A model generated the notes under the pieces. That model searched no databases. It was not told the DNA's origin and saw only the letters and a program-made list of their open reading frames with translations. Source: Balanoglossus misakiensis (Eukaryota; Animalia; Hemichordata). Taken from it: a stretch of 64,000 nt of DNA. The translations under genes were made by a program, and so were the position numbers. Positions 21,459-33,581 of the stretch are shown piece after piece (the first letter of the stretch is position 1; the number at the start of each line of letters is the position of its first letter). The stretch spans positions 18,523,028-18,587,027 of the forward strand of contig CM082576.2 of the NCBI GenBank assembly GCA_040954595.2. The letters are read 5' to 3'.

Positions 21459-23469
21459 TTTTTTATTTATTGCGTATATACATGTCCCCAACTGGCTTTC
21501 ATATAAAACCACTGCATCAGGTGAATCTCAATTTTTAAGAGCGATACTTCAAACATGCAGCACTGTTTACAAATCGGGGTCAAAGGTTATACAAGAATAA
21601 CCATGTACAGTTGGTATTTTTCGGATGTACCTCTGGCCATGGCCTTGGTCTATAAATTGTTCTTGACAACATATATTTTTAAAGATTTTGGTTTACTGAA
21701 TTACATCTATAGCTTATAGTGATGGCTGTTTACCTAATAATTATTTTAACAATGCCAACTTAGCTGGCGCTGGATCGAGGGTACAGGACTATCCTAGGTC
21801 AAGGGTCAATCGTGAATGTTTTGGTCGCGAATCAGCTGATCTTTTACAACAGCGTGTTACGCCCCTTTTTTAAATTTCTCATGAGTGGAGACGTCAGTGA
21901 AAGAACATATTTCGGATAATGGAGCATTCTTGGCAGTGTTTTCAAAGGGTTTCGCAACCTTTCTACATGGGACGCGGCGGCGCTTGGCAGAACTTTGCGA
22001 GGTGGTCGTCATCACAGGTCGCACCGTAGTTGAGAGAGAGAGCCATGACACTGACAGAGCCGGGTGAGTGATTGAGATCCTGGATCAGTTGCCGTCACTC
22101 AGATCACTAGACATTCTCTCTCATTAGGGTGTAGCTACGGTGTTGCCACGGGACCTACGACGTTTTATCGTGACGTCGGTGTTGCCCCGACCGGCCAGGG
22201 AAGTATATCAGATATGATGAGTCCGGTGATGACTTGGCTTTACGGCAGTCGCTGTGCCTGTAGATAAAGGAAAGGAACAGTACAACGCGCCGCCAGTGTG
22301 ATTAGCATCGCTTGGAGCAAGACTAGATGACAGACATCGCCAGGGTCGTTGGCAAGACCTTGGCGGGCAGAGATGTGTGACACAGGTCCTCCTACAGGTA
22401 AGCCAGTCTTAATTCTTTTACATGCTTTTCAGAGTCAGCTTTTTGAGATGGTGAGATCTCTGTCTGGTGGTTTCTCTGTGTGACCTTTAGCTCTGCATAC
22501 AGCCGGGAACACACAGACCTGTACGCAGAGCTATGTGACCTTCTGAGTCATATAATAATGTCACATTTAGTACTACATTATCTCTATGGAAACGCAGCTA
22601 GGGGGAGGGTGGAGGGGGGGGGGGGTTCTATGCTGGTTTCCCCCATCATAGACCCACCCGTGACCCCCACCACAAAAATCTGTAGTGAAACAACAGCCAA
22701 ACCAGTGCACTATATCACAGTCCCTCTATTACATACTGTGACTGTATAAGCTAAAAAATAAGACATTCACTTTTTGAAATAAACATTTCTCTGTTAATTA
22801 TCTCTGAAAGCTTGATATAGGAGAACATTTCGGTTACTTCAATGTCACCATTGTTTTCACTACTATCACGTAACAAGCAATTTAAATTACCTTCGCAAAA
22901 ACAGTATGCTCTATGTTTTTTTGTTAACGCTTTGAGATGTCTGGCTCAAATCTTCGTGAATGCAAGCTGTCATAACTTTTGTACAAAGTAGTGTCTCATT
23001 TTTTTTTAAAGCAACTAGCTTGATTTTTAAAATGAAAAAAAACTTCTGATATACTAGGAATAGTAGGATTTGCTCCAGAAGTTTTCTGAATTACAATGCA
23101 CTTAACGGGACATTAGCTGTAACTTTTGGCTTTAATTGATGTACATATATTTTTGTTCTGAGTATCCATGGGAATTTCTTGTTCTACTCCAAACAGCATG
23201 CTAATATACCCATTTATACTTCACTTGTCAACATAGCCCGTGAATGTGTAATGTTATCATTCACATTTTTTTACTACTGTTACGTAAATATGCAACATGT
23301 CTAAAAAATATGTTTTTATAGAATATATTTATTTATTTAGAGTAAAATGTTTTTGGTGACATTTAAATATTTAGTGGATGGTATTTTATACATCAATTGT
23401 GGGTTTCAACATATTGTTGGGAGTAGCACAAGAATCTTAAGTGGCCACATAGAATTAATTTTCAACCTT

Positions 23470-23646
23470 CAGTAAAACCTGTCAAAACCAAACCCTGTCT
23501 AATCTGGAAACCTGTCTATACTGAACACCTTTTCAGTACCTTCAACATAGAATCACATGTTAAAAGAACCTTTACAAACTGGAAATGTCTGTAAACTGAA
23601 CAATTTCTTCAGTGCCTTCAGTGTTCGGTTCAGACAGGTTTTACTG
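23470..23646. mobile_element. Tc1/pogo(Tigger)-like MITE (CAGTAAAACCTGTC...GACAGGTTTTACTG)
   Basis: Terminal inverted repeat with TA on the right flank. Related elements at ~30160-31178, ~57862-58050, ~62910-63080 and a partial one at 1-320. Confidence 0.6.
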
Positions 23647-23650
23647 TATT

Positions 23651-24110
23651 TAATTTCTCACACTGCTGGCCGCTGGGAGTGTGGGATAGGATATCCCCGA
23701 CGAGTGTGAGAAATACGATCTCAGGTCCTTGGGAGTGTGAGATTCTATTATTCTCACACTCTCACTGAATCGAAAGCTGTATATGACGCGAGCGCTGATT
23801 GGTTGACAAAGAGTTCTTTCTCTTCGCGCACTAAATGTTATCCAATGGCGTGATGTGTATTACAGGCACAGAACTATAACGTGCCCCCAGACGACAGTTC
23901 CAGAGTATTTATTCAATGTTTTAACGAATTTGGCTAATTTGTGACCGTGTGAGAAAAATAATCTCACACACCAAGGACCTGGGATCGTATTTCTCACACT
24001 CGTCAGGGATATTTTGTCCCACACTCGCCTGCGGCTCGTGTGTGACAGAAAATCCCCAACTCGTGTGAGAAATACGATCCCAGGTCCTTGGGAGTGTGAG
24101 ATTCTATTAA
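23651..24110. mobile_element. Interspersed fold-back repeat (core CACTCGCCTGCGGCTCGTG), 3 copies in window
   Basis: Stem ~23959-24103. Reverse-oriented relatives at ~53222-53870 and ~56342-56745. Confidence 0.75.
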
Positions 24111-24701
24111 TCCCAAATGTCATAGCAGCTGCCCCTTTAAAACAATTTCTTTAAAAAATGTGTTTCTAATAGATTTGGTCAGGTGGAAAAGTATGTCACA
24201 TACTGTTTTCACTGAACACTGATGTGGTTGCAATTTTATTGACACAAATTGAATCACACTATGCATCACATTAGACTTAGGGGTAAACCATTTTATATTT
24301 AGGAGAGTGCAGTTTAGTTTCTACTCTGCCTATTCTCTGATGTTTTTTCTTTACTATTTGGCAGAGGCAAAATGCAGACTTGTTATGGAAGTGTTCCTAA
24401 GTAACTATGCATAAATTATTTCTATTAATCTAAGCACATTATGTAAAATATAAATCAACCAGGTAGACTCATGTCTCCCCCTACAGTAATGGTGACAATT
24501 CTTTTTATAGTACCCAACTTACTCAAGTAAACACACTTAATGTTAGCAAACAGTCCTATAGATATAGCCTGGTCCCCTGTCCCATTCCTGCTGCTGGTAG
24601 TGACAGCAGGGTTAGAAAGTGGGCAGAGAACAAGAGTATCTTACAGGCCTCTTTCATGACCCCTGTGTGACCTTACATCCTGGTGATTTGTTGGTTTGAC
24701 A

Positions 24702-27275
24702 TTATTCAAAACCGCGGCACAGAGCGATATCCATCCGCCATATGCAAATGAGCCGAAGTATAAAAGCAACGAGCAACGTACAGTCTGTCCCTCCCTTGCA
24801 ATAGGCCACGACAGCACGAACCATGGCTCAAACTGGTTCCGCAGTTCGAGCTTTTGTGGACTCACACCAGGACTCCGCAGAACTATCCGGTCGCCATCCA
24901 AGACCCGGTCCCGGTGGTGCCACACCCCAGCAAAATGCTGCACCAACACCAGCAAGTGGAGAGGCAACAGGCGTCAGCAGCAGTGTAACCAGGGTTAGTT
25001 TTCCCCCTTGTATGCCTCCGGTCATTTCGGTTTTGATTTGCAGTTCGGTCCCCTGTTGTTGTTTTTTATGCACTACGGTTCACCACATTTCTCCCCTCGC
25101 GTTGTTTTTCGGCTTTCGAATTTTCTTAGTGCAGGTGGAAGGCCAAATCACCAATTTGAAATTCCGCCACCTGTTAGGCCTGACACCACCTGTTTCGCCA
25201 ATTGAAAAAAAAAAAACACGATGCCTTTCCCCTACGTAACAGGCGTGGTAGAACTGAATGGAGATTGTATTTTATTTTCTATGCAATATGCGTCGAATAC
25301 TTGGAGTTACAGGAGTGAGCGGCAGGCCAGGCAGTGTGGTATACTGCGAGAGCGCCAACATTTGTTTGTTAAATAGAGTTGGGTGGGTTATACCCATGAG
25401 TGCCAAGGAGACCGGCCAGGCAGTTCATCCGGTGATGACTGCGAGAGCGCCGAATTATTGTGGCTGAGGCCAAAGGAAATACATAGGCTCGAGGGAGGAG
25501 CAATGTGAGCGGTCATTTACGTAGCAGACGCATGTTCGCCTTGAATTTGCTGATGCCTATGTAATGAGGCGCTCGCCCTGTAAACAAAAGGGGAGTCTTC
25601 AGTACGGGAGAGCAAGTATACTTTCCACCCGTGGTAATGGGCAGAGAAGTTATTGTATGTGTACGTTTACTTGTATTGCAGAAAGGGGAGTTGGAGAACC
25701 TAAAGAAGCCAGGTAAAAAAAAAAAACTGCAAGAATTGACAGAAACCGCATCGCCGCACTGAGAAAAGAAATAAGGATGAACTAGTCACATGCTTTGTCT
25801 GTGGTGAGAAAGGGCATGTTGCCAGAGCCTGCCCAAAAAGAAAGTAGTATACCCAAATTGCTGTGTTTTTTCTCTCTCTTTGCTCGTTTATATTTATTCG
25901 TCACAGCAAGTAAAACATGGGTTACTCATCCACGTACACGCATGCACACTGTACTAACACGCATACTTCTCTCGGTCGCCTGCACACTAATAGACGCCTT
26001 CATGCACACCCACACAATCGCATACTTTCGACCAACCGCTCGCACCATAGACGGAACGCATTCACGCATATAAATACAGACGCACAAAACATGCCTGAGC
26101 AACTTAGATGGAGCAAACGCTACACGGACACTTGCTGTGATGCTTTGATAACTTGAAATGTACGAAAAGTCTGGTTTGCTTACAACCCTCCGTGACAATT
26201 AAAAGGTTGTCTTGAGAATAAAATAAAAGAAAGAAAGAAAAAAAATGCTTTTATATCTCGCCTTCCTAGATTGACCCCACTCAACCAGTAGCGGATATCC
26301 CGTGTTTATCATACACCAAACATCGCCCCGAACGCAGGGAGGACTAAAACAGTCCTTTGCATTCCATGCAACCTCGCCTTACTGAGGTCCTGTCTAGGGG
26401 CTCCCTCAAGAAAACATTTTACATTTAGTAGCCCATAGTCTTTATCTATTCTTTTCTGTTCACTCCCTACGCATGGGAAACCGGCCCTGAGGAACTTCCA
26501 GTCGCCAGAAAGTCATACACATGGGTATCTCTTGAGGGCGCCCCTCGACAGGAGACCCGTTATCAATGTCGATGAGGTTCGTAAATCCAACAAGAAAGTG
26601 TCGCCCGCACTACTATCATTTAGAAACCCACATGAATTTGTCGCCGGGGGAATTCATAAGCACAGGGAGGTGTGGAACGACGAAAAGCAGAACACAAAAA
26701 GATATGAGAACCTCAATGATTTAATTGGATTTTCCAAGGCTTTTGTTGTGGGTGTGTTTGTAGTGGTAACTTGTTTGTTACTTGGTTTGACTGTATTTTA
26801 AGGATTGGGGGGATACCCAACTCGGTAATAATGGGCTCAAGCACGAGGAGAATAGGCTTTGCGTCCGGATGCGCCTCCAAAAGCCCGGACCCATTTCTTT
26901 AACAATAGGCATATCCATGAGCGAGGTGATGCGGCTTTGAATACTTAGTTATTCAAAACCGCGGCACAGAGCGATATCCATCCGCCATATGCAAATGAGC
27001 CGAAGTATAAAAGCAACGAGCAACGTACAGTCTGTCCCTCCCTTGCAATAGGCCAAGAGAGCAGGGCTATGTGCGTAAAAGGGACAGGGTGGGGATTTTA
27101 TATGACCAGCCCCCTCGGTAAAATCCTTTGCGAATGTATTCCCACCCGCCCTCCCACTTTTTCGAATATAAGAGTTTTACACACTTCGCTATGGATGCGC
27201 CTCCAAAAGCCCGGACCCATTTCTTTAACAATAGGCATATCCATGAGCGAGGTGATGCGGCTTTGAATACTTAGT
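24702..27275 (+). mobile_element. Non-autonomous PAT/DIRS-like element (internal deletion derivative) with split direct repeats
   Basis: A = 24702-24808 and 26949-27055 (107 bp). B = 26867-26949 and 27193-27275 (83 bp). Residual pol N-terminus LLSFRNPHEFVAGGIHKHREVW (~26610-26680) resembles DLHFRNPRTFLAGGLHQQRDQW of the autonomous element. No RT core or YR. Confidence 0.88.
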
Positions 27276-27879
27276 CATTCATCATTCAATGTTGAACAGC
27301 TAACCTTTTCTAACAGGCAATGTTCACCAGTTTTGTTCAAGGATGAGAAAAAATGCATTGATTCAATAGCATGGTTGGTAAACTCGAAATTGTATACTCA
27401 CACCGACAAAAAGCCAGGATGTAGAGGTCAAAAGGGGTCATAAAAGTGGCATGATATAGCACAGTTGCCAGTGGTGTAATGTTTATATGAACTGTGCAAC
27501 TTCATTCATATTTCTTAGTGGCAGTAATGTTATTATAAATATAAACTGACATCTGAAATCACTTTGCGATGTCGAAATTCAGTGGGAAGAAACAAACGCC
27601 AAAAGTTACCACATTTTATACTGACACTTATTTGTTTTGTACAGTTTACCCTATGGATCCAGCTATCATAGGAATAGGTGCAATAATTGTAGCTTTGGTG
27701 GGCTGGTTGATCGCTTATGGGCTTGATCAATCATCCCATCTAGGCTACAATTATTGCAGATATCATAGGAAGGGCACATTGGGAACCCCCCCCCCCTCAC
27801 ACACACACACACACACACACAATTTGGGCGACAACACAATATATATATGATGCAGTCTACAAGTTGCACCGAAATATCT

Positions 27880-28750
27880 TTAGGTCCCATTTGTATATAC
27901 TGGTGGTACCTCATGAGATCGGTTGCGTCTGTATGGATGTATGTCCGTTCACATCAAAAACTTGAAAACCGCTGAGCATATAACCTCGATATTTGGTGTG
28001 CAGATGCAGGCAGGGCTGTAGATGGGAGTTTGTTCAAATGAAGTTGTTGGGAAAAACGTAAATTTGGCCAAAACTCAGAAACTCAACAACCACTGGTCAT
28101 ATTGATTTGAAAATTGGTATGCATGTACCTTATATTTACCTCACACAGTTGTGTATGTTTTGAACTAATAGTCTGTATTTTCTATAATTTATGTATTTTT
28201 TTGTCTTTTTCCACATTTTTGGTAAAAAATCTACTTTTCTGGAATTGATGACCTGACTTCTTTGAAATTTAGTATGGGGCTTCATATAGGTGATGTGAGT
28301 TATCAAAGTTTTGTTTAAATTTGCTGCAAAATTTGCAAATTTATAATTTTGGTGCAAATTTTGCCTTTTTGATCAATTTTTTTCTGTAAAACCGTTTGTC
28401 AGATTGCTTTGAAATTTGGTAGGCATAGAGATGTGTGTTTGTCAAATCAATTTGTAGAATTCAATAGTATATTTTTGGGGTGATTTTTGCCATTTTTGGT
28501 CAAAACTCTTTCTCAGAACCCTCTACCCCATTGCTTTGAAATTTGATTTGAAGGTTCCATGGTGAGTTGTCATGATGATTTACAAAACCTATGATGAAAG
28601 TGTCAATGTTTTGTGGGGGCAATGTCTTGTATTTTGGGGGTATATTTACCAATTTTGATAAAAAATTATATTTCTCAGAAAGTGTACACTGTATGGCTGA
28701 TTTCTATAAATTTTAGTTGTAAGTTAATGGGATTGGCTTCTTTAGAATTA
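27880..28750 (+). mobile_element. Helentron-associated (DINE-1/HINE-like) non-autonomous repeat
   Basis: Starts TTTAGGTCCCAT, then a GTAT/GTCC microsatellite and internal repeats. Homologous in reverse to 30548-31024. Right end approximate. Confidence 0.55.
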
Positions 28751-29668
28751 TTATGAAATCATATCATAGGTAATTTGGAATTTCTACTGGGCTTGCGTTT
28801 GATATTTTATTTTTTACGCGCAGTGCACGCAAAGAGCCAATTTTTTTTTCGTGAAATTGTATTTGAATTACGTGCAACAAAATAGCGATAGACAAGCAGG
28901 CTTTCAGATAAACATACTTGAATGAGTTCTCCCTTCATGTCTAGATGGCCCAACACAAAAAATATCATTTAGAATGTAGCGAATAAAGTACATAAACATC
29001 ATGAAAGAGACTGTGTACAGTGGTCCCCCCCCCCCGATACGTATTAAGTACAGACAAGGTATGGAATTCTTGTGTTATATCATCAAGGAAAATGACCCAG
29101 AAGCCCTACTTGCTTTGTTATATCTAATGGCTTCTGTGTGCATAAAATATAGCCCGACACGTGTCAAGTTTGTGGCCTAGGTTACCGCACGTACATCATT
29201 GTGCGTCCTGCTACAGCATACAAGCGCGCGTACGCGTACATGTGTACAGGGCGCCTGACCGGCCAACCTTGACAAGGCGCCCCAGATAGCCTCGCCCGCT
29301 GTTATCTTTCAATGGATTTTTTTTGTGCGCATGTCACGCAACTGTGACAAAATATTTGCGCGCACACATTGTAGTTTTGTGTTATTTAGTGTTATTTTAA
29401 ATGGGTGTCACACCGATTTAATCAGCCTCCATTCAAAGAGTACACAACAGTCGTGTTATGCATTAATTAGCAAAAGATGATAAACTGATGCGGATACAAT
29501 CAATATAGCTTAATGGTGATGATTCTAAAGCAGAAGGCTAATTGTCATTAGTATCATACATGCAGAGCCTGAATTTGCCACTTTCTATTGTTCTCACCAA
29601 ATTTAGTGTAATAACCCCTAAGTACCACCCTCTAATTTTAAAGAACACTAATTATGGAAGCCCATTAA

Positions 29669-29753
29669 CCCTTTCACAACCAAGGTTCAGTCAAAACCCA
29701 TTGTTTTCTATGAAAAGGTTTGACCTGCATAGAAGGAACTTGGGGTGAAAGGG
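29669..29753. mobile_element. 85-bp piggyBac-like MITE
   Basis: TTAA|CCCTTTCAC...GTGAAAGGG|TTAA. Decayed relatives at ~31940, ~47190 and ~63101. Confidence 0.7.
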
Positions 29754-30547
29754 TTAAAGGGACAAAGTCGCTCTTTTTGACTTTTGACTCACTTGCTTTT
29801 ATTAGAGGTTCCTACCTTTAAATGTTTCATAAAATGTTTAATCAAATCTGTCTACAATCAGAGTAGACATTGTTTACATATACCTTTTGTTAAATGATTG
29901 TTGTTGTATTTCAGATTGTTGTCAGGAGCAGGTGAGAAATATGGTATGATTTCTGAAGGTCTGAGTACTGCATTGCAGTTATTTGACGATATGAAGAGGT
30001 TACGATATTCAAGGTAATTATGGTAAAATTCTGAGTTTCAAGATCATTCTCTACATATGGCCCTGACTTTTTTTGGTGGTTTATCTGTTTTTGTAAAGTT
30101 CACCATGTCAACCAGGAAATGATTCCATACAGACAGTGGAGTACAACTGAGATGTGAAGTACATTGAAACCTGCCTAGGAAGGACACCTCTGGGACCACA
30201 AAATGTGTCCTTAATAGAGAGGTGTCCTTAAAGGGACAAATTCTCTCCCTCGCTGCCCCTTTTCCATGAATTAGGTTTGTTACAGGGCACCATTTCTGTT
30301 ATTCTCCATGTGGATATATAGTGAATCAATGTTTCACCACACACAACTTCAACCCTGCTTGTAGCCACCAGAGTGATAAAAAACACACGCCAATAATCGG
30401 TCTCTATCATTTATTCATTTTATGCGAGTTTTTATGCTCATATCATTCAAGTGGGATGGAAATTGTGTATGGTTGAACGTTCATTAACTACATATACACA
30501 TGTACATTAATATAAAATGTCTCTTGTATCAAACATAATGGAAAAAA

Positions 30548-31024
30548 TCGCGTCAAGGACACAGTGGTCCCATTGAGGGAATACACAAGAAAAAGTCTAC
30601 ACCGGAGTAAATGGCGATATACTGACAGACACACACACTAAATAGAACAGCTGGCCTCTTTAAAACTTAGCCAGTTATGTAATCATTCAGGAATTTCCTG
30701 TGTATATAAACAACTCAATAAAGTAAATACACACCACTTCGCAAAGCAATCTGACCAGTAGTTCTTGAGTTACTGAGTTTTGACTAAGTTCACATTTTTC
30801 CAGCTAATTTGCATATTTTTGGCAACGACAACTTCATTTGAACAAACTCCCATCTACAGCCCAGCCTGCATGTGCACACCAAATATCAAGGTGATACACA
30901 CAGTGGTTTTCAAGTTTTTGATGTGGACGGACATACATCCATACATCCATCCATACATACATACATACAGATGCAACCAATCCCATAAGGTCCCATGGTA
31001 TATAGGCCTATACCAATGGGACCT
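30548..31024 (-). mobile_element. Helentron-associated (HINE-like) element inserted in a T-run
   Basis: Subterminal GGTCCCAT/ATGGGACC repeats and a (CATA/CATC)n tract. Absent from the paralogous site at 46251-46270, where only the A-run remains. Confidence 0.7.
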
Positions 31025-32379
31025 AAAAAGGGCAGCGAGAGAGAGACTTTGTCCCTTTAACAGAAATGTGCATGTAATATTCTATTCAAACCATTACTCT
31101 TGTCTTGAACAATCTTTCCTTAATAGAAAGGTGTCCTGATTAGAGAGATGTCTGTATTAATTGACAGGTTTCACTGTATTATCAACATTTTCAGTTTCAT
31201 AATCCTTCTGGATGTCTTTGTCAGAAAATTTTGACAGCAGCCAAAACTTTCTCTGCCATACTCACAATAAGAGAAAGCTTGCACCTGTGTGTAAAACGGG
31301 TTATTTTCGCAAGCAATTCATTTTTGCGAAATAGGCGAGAGCCAACAAAATGTGAAAAGAAAAAGTTGCGTAAAATGTTTTTCGGAGATAAAGATGCAAT
31401 GAAATACAAGAACATGAAAATTAATCCTCGCATAACAGTTGCCTCTTTTAATATCGCGAACATTTCCTGTCACGAAAATAATCCGTTTTACAGTAATATT
31501 GAAGGTCAGAATGCTTTTGATGAGAGAACAATACACCAGTTGCAAAGTATCTTGACTAACATAAAAATGATGGTATTTTCTGAAGAAGATATATTCTCGC
31601 AGTTGGTGTTTTGTTTCCTCATCAAAAGCATTCTGACCTTCAATATTATTCTGTTGAGCTATACATGCAATCTAGTCTGATCAGAGATGATTATATCATC
31701 GACAATAGATCCTGGATACTAAAAGAGCATAAAATGACTGCGACAGATACCTTGTTAGTTGTAACAGGTGTGAAATAAGAATTTGGATAACACTGACAGT
31801 ATTTTGGCTATTGTTGGGGGGTGGGGTGGAGCAATAAGTGATTTTGAAACCCCATGTAACACCTGTCTTACCATTAATATGACTGCATTTATGGTACCAT
31901 AAGGAATGTTAACAAAATGACTGGGGAACCCTGGTTACATTACCCTGATCACCACAATGGTTCAGTCCAACTGCATTGTTTTCTATGTTAAGGTTGGAGC
32001 ACTGAAGAGGAAATTGGGGTGGAAGGGTTAAAAAAAACACTGACTGACAATACTGCCAATAACAAAATATTGTTTTATCTTCTCTTTGTATACAGCGCAC
32101 CAATATAGAAACATTGTATATTGATCTGAACTCTCCTCCATATCCTTTGCCAAGTCAAGGTAGTATTAATTACAGTGGATTTACTGTAGAACAATTGGCT
32201 GCCATGTTGGGTGAGGTAAGTAAGCGATGTAAAACATTTCATACAACACTGCATACTAACAATAGTCATATCAACCTGACAAGGGAAGATGAAAAAAGCC
32301 TAAGCCCCTTTGAACAGCTGTATTTTCTTGGAATCTGGTTTTATAATACACTTTGATTGATTCCCTTACGAAAAAGTTC

Positions 32380-33256
32380 TATAGAACTTCTATTGCTTTT
32401 CAATAAAAATTTCTATTAAGAATCAATGGATATTCCATGGAAACTCAATGGAATTTCTATGGAAATTCTATTGACTTCTATGGACTTTTGGCCACTTTTC
32501 AATTAAACTTCTATAGAAGAGATATAGATTTCAATTGATTTTCTATAGAAGAGATATAGATTTCAATTGATATTCTATTGATTTTCTATAGAAGAGTTAT
32601 CGATGTGTATTGATTTTCTATAGAAGAGATATAGATTTCAATTGATTTTCTATTGAACTTCTATAGAAGAGTTATAGATGTGTATTGATTTTCTATAGAA
32701 GAGATATAGATTTCAATTGATATTCTATTGATTTTCTATAGAAGAGTTATCGATGTGTATTGATTTTCTATAGAAGAGATATAGATTTCAATTGATTTTC
32801 TATTGAACTTCTATAAAAGAGTTATAGATGTGTATTGATTTTCTATAGAAGAGATATAGATTTCAATTGATATTCTATTGATTTTCTATAGAAGAGTTAT
32901 CGATGTGTATTGATTTTCTATAGAAGAGATCTAGATTTCAATTGATTTTCTATTGAACTTCTATAAAAGCGTTATAGATGTGTATTGATTTTCTATAGAA
33001 GAGATATAGATTTCAATTGATATTCTATTGATTTTCTATAGAAGAGTTATCGATGTGTATTGATTTTCTATAGAAGAGATATAGATTTCAATTGATATTC
33101 TATTGATTTTCTATAGAAAAGTTATCGATGTGTATTGATTTTCTATCGAAGAGATCTAGATTTCCATTGATATGCTATTGATTTTCTATAGAAGAGATAT
33201 AGATTTCAATTGATTTTCTATTGAACTTCTATAGAAGAGTTATAGATGTGTATTGA
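32380..33256. repeat. Left subterminal tandem repeats of the EnSpm element (TTCTATAGAAGAG / ATTGATTTTCTAT units)
   Basis: Many short nested direct repeats containing the palindrome TTCTATAGAA. Confidence 0.9.
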
Positions 33257-33581
33257 TCCTGTATTATCTGGTTACCAAAGACAGAGGGGTGGGATTGGGG
33301 CAAAAAGATTGATATTTATAAAAAAAAATACTTCACTGAATACTCAGCATATTCTTTCAGTCTGTTGTTTAATATTAACACATAAATGTGCTAAATACAG
33401 TGTTGCCTCAGTCAAATTAGTTTTCTGCTGGCTTTCAGTGAAATATTTGAGAAAAAACCAACATACTCATCAAATTAAAACTTAACATTTTATTGCAATA
33501 AATCAATAAAAAGGTGACATGAAAAATAGAGTTTAAATAAATAAAGATAAGCAAAACACATAAATGAAACAGTTAACCACA

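Larger units (their letters stand above)
6734..21503 (+). mobile_element. IS3EU-type DNA transposon with two convergent genes and a nested retrotransposon
   Basis: Ends TATGAAAGCCAGTTGGGGACAT (6734) and ATGTCCCCAACTGGCTTTCATA (21503) are inverted repeats, flanked by identical TAAAAC at 6728-6733 and 21504-21509. TAY..RTA ends, a 6-bp TSD and an integrase-core transposase fit IS3EU. Confidence 0.9.

Noticed and set aside
21800-22400. CpG-rich candidate first exons (ATG ~22044, donors ~22064 and ~22398)
   Set aside because: The joined frame hits a stop and no recognisable protein results; mentioned only as context.
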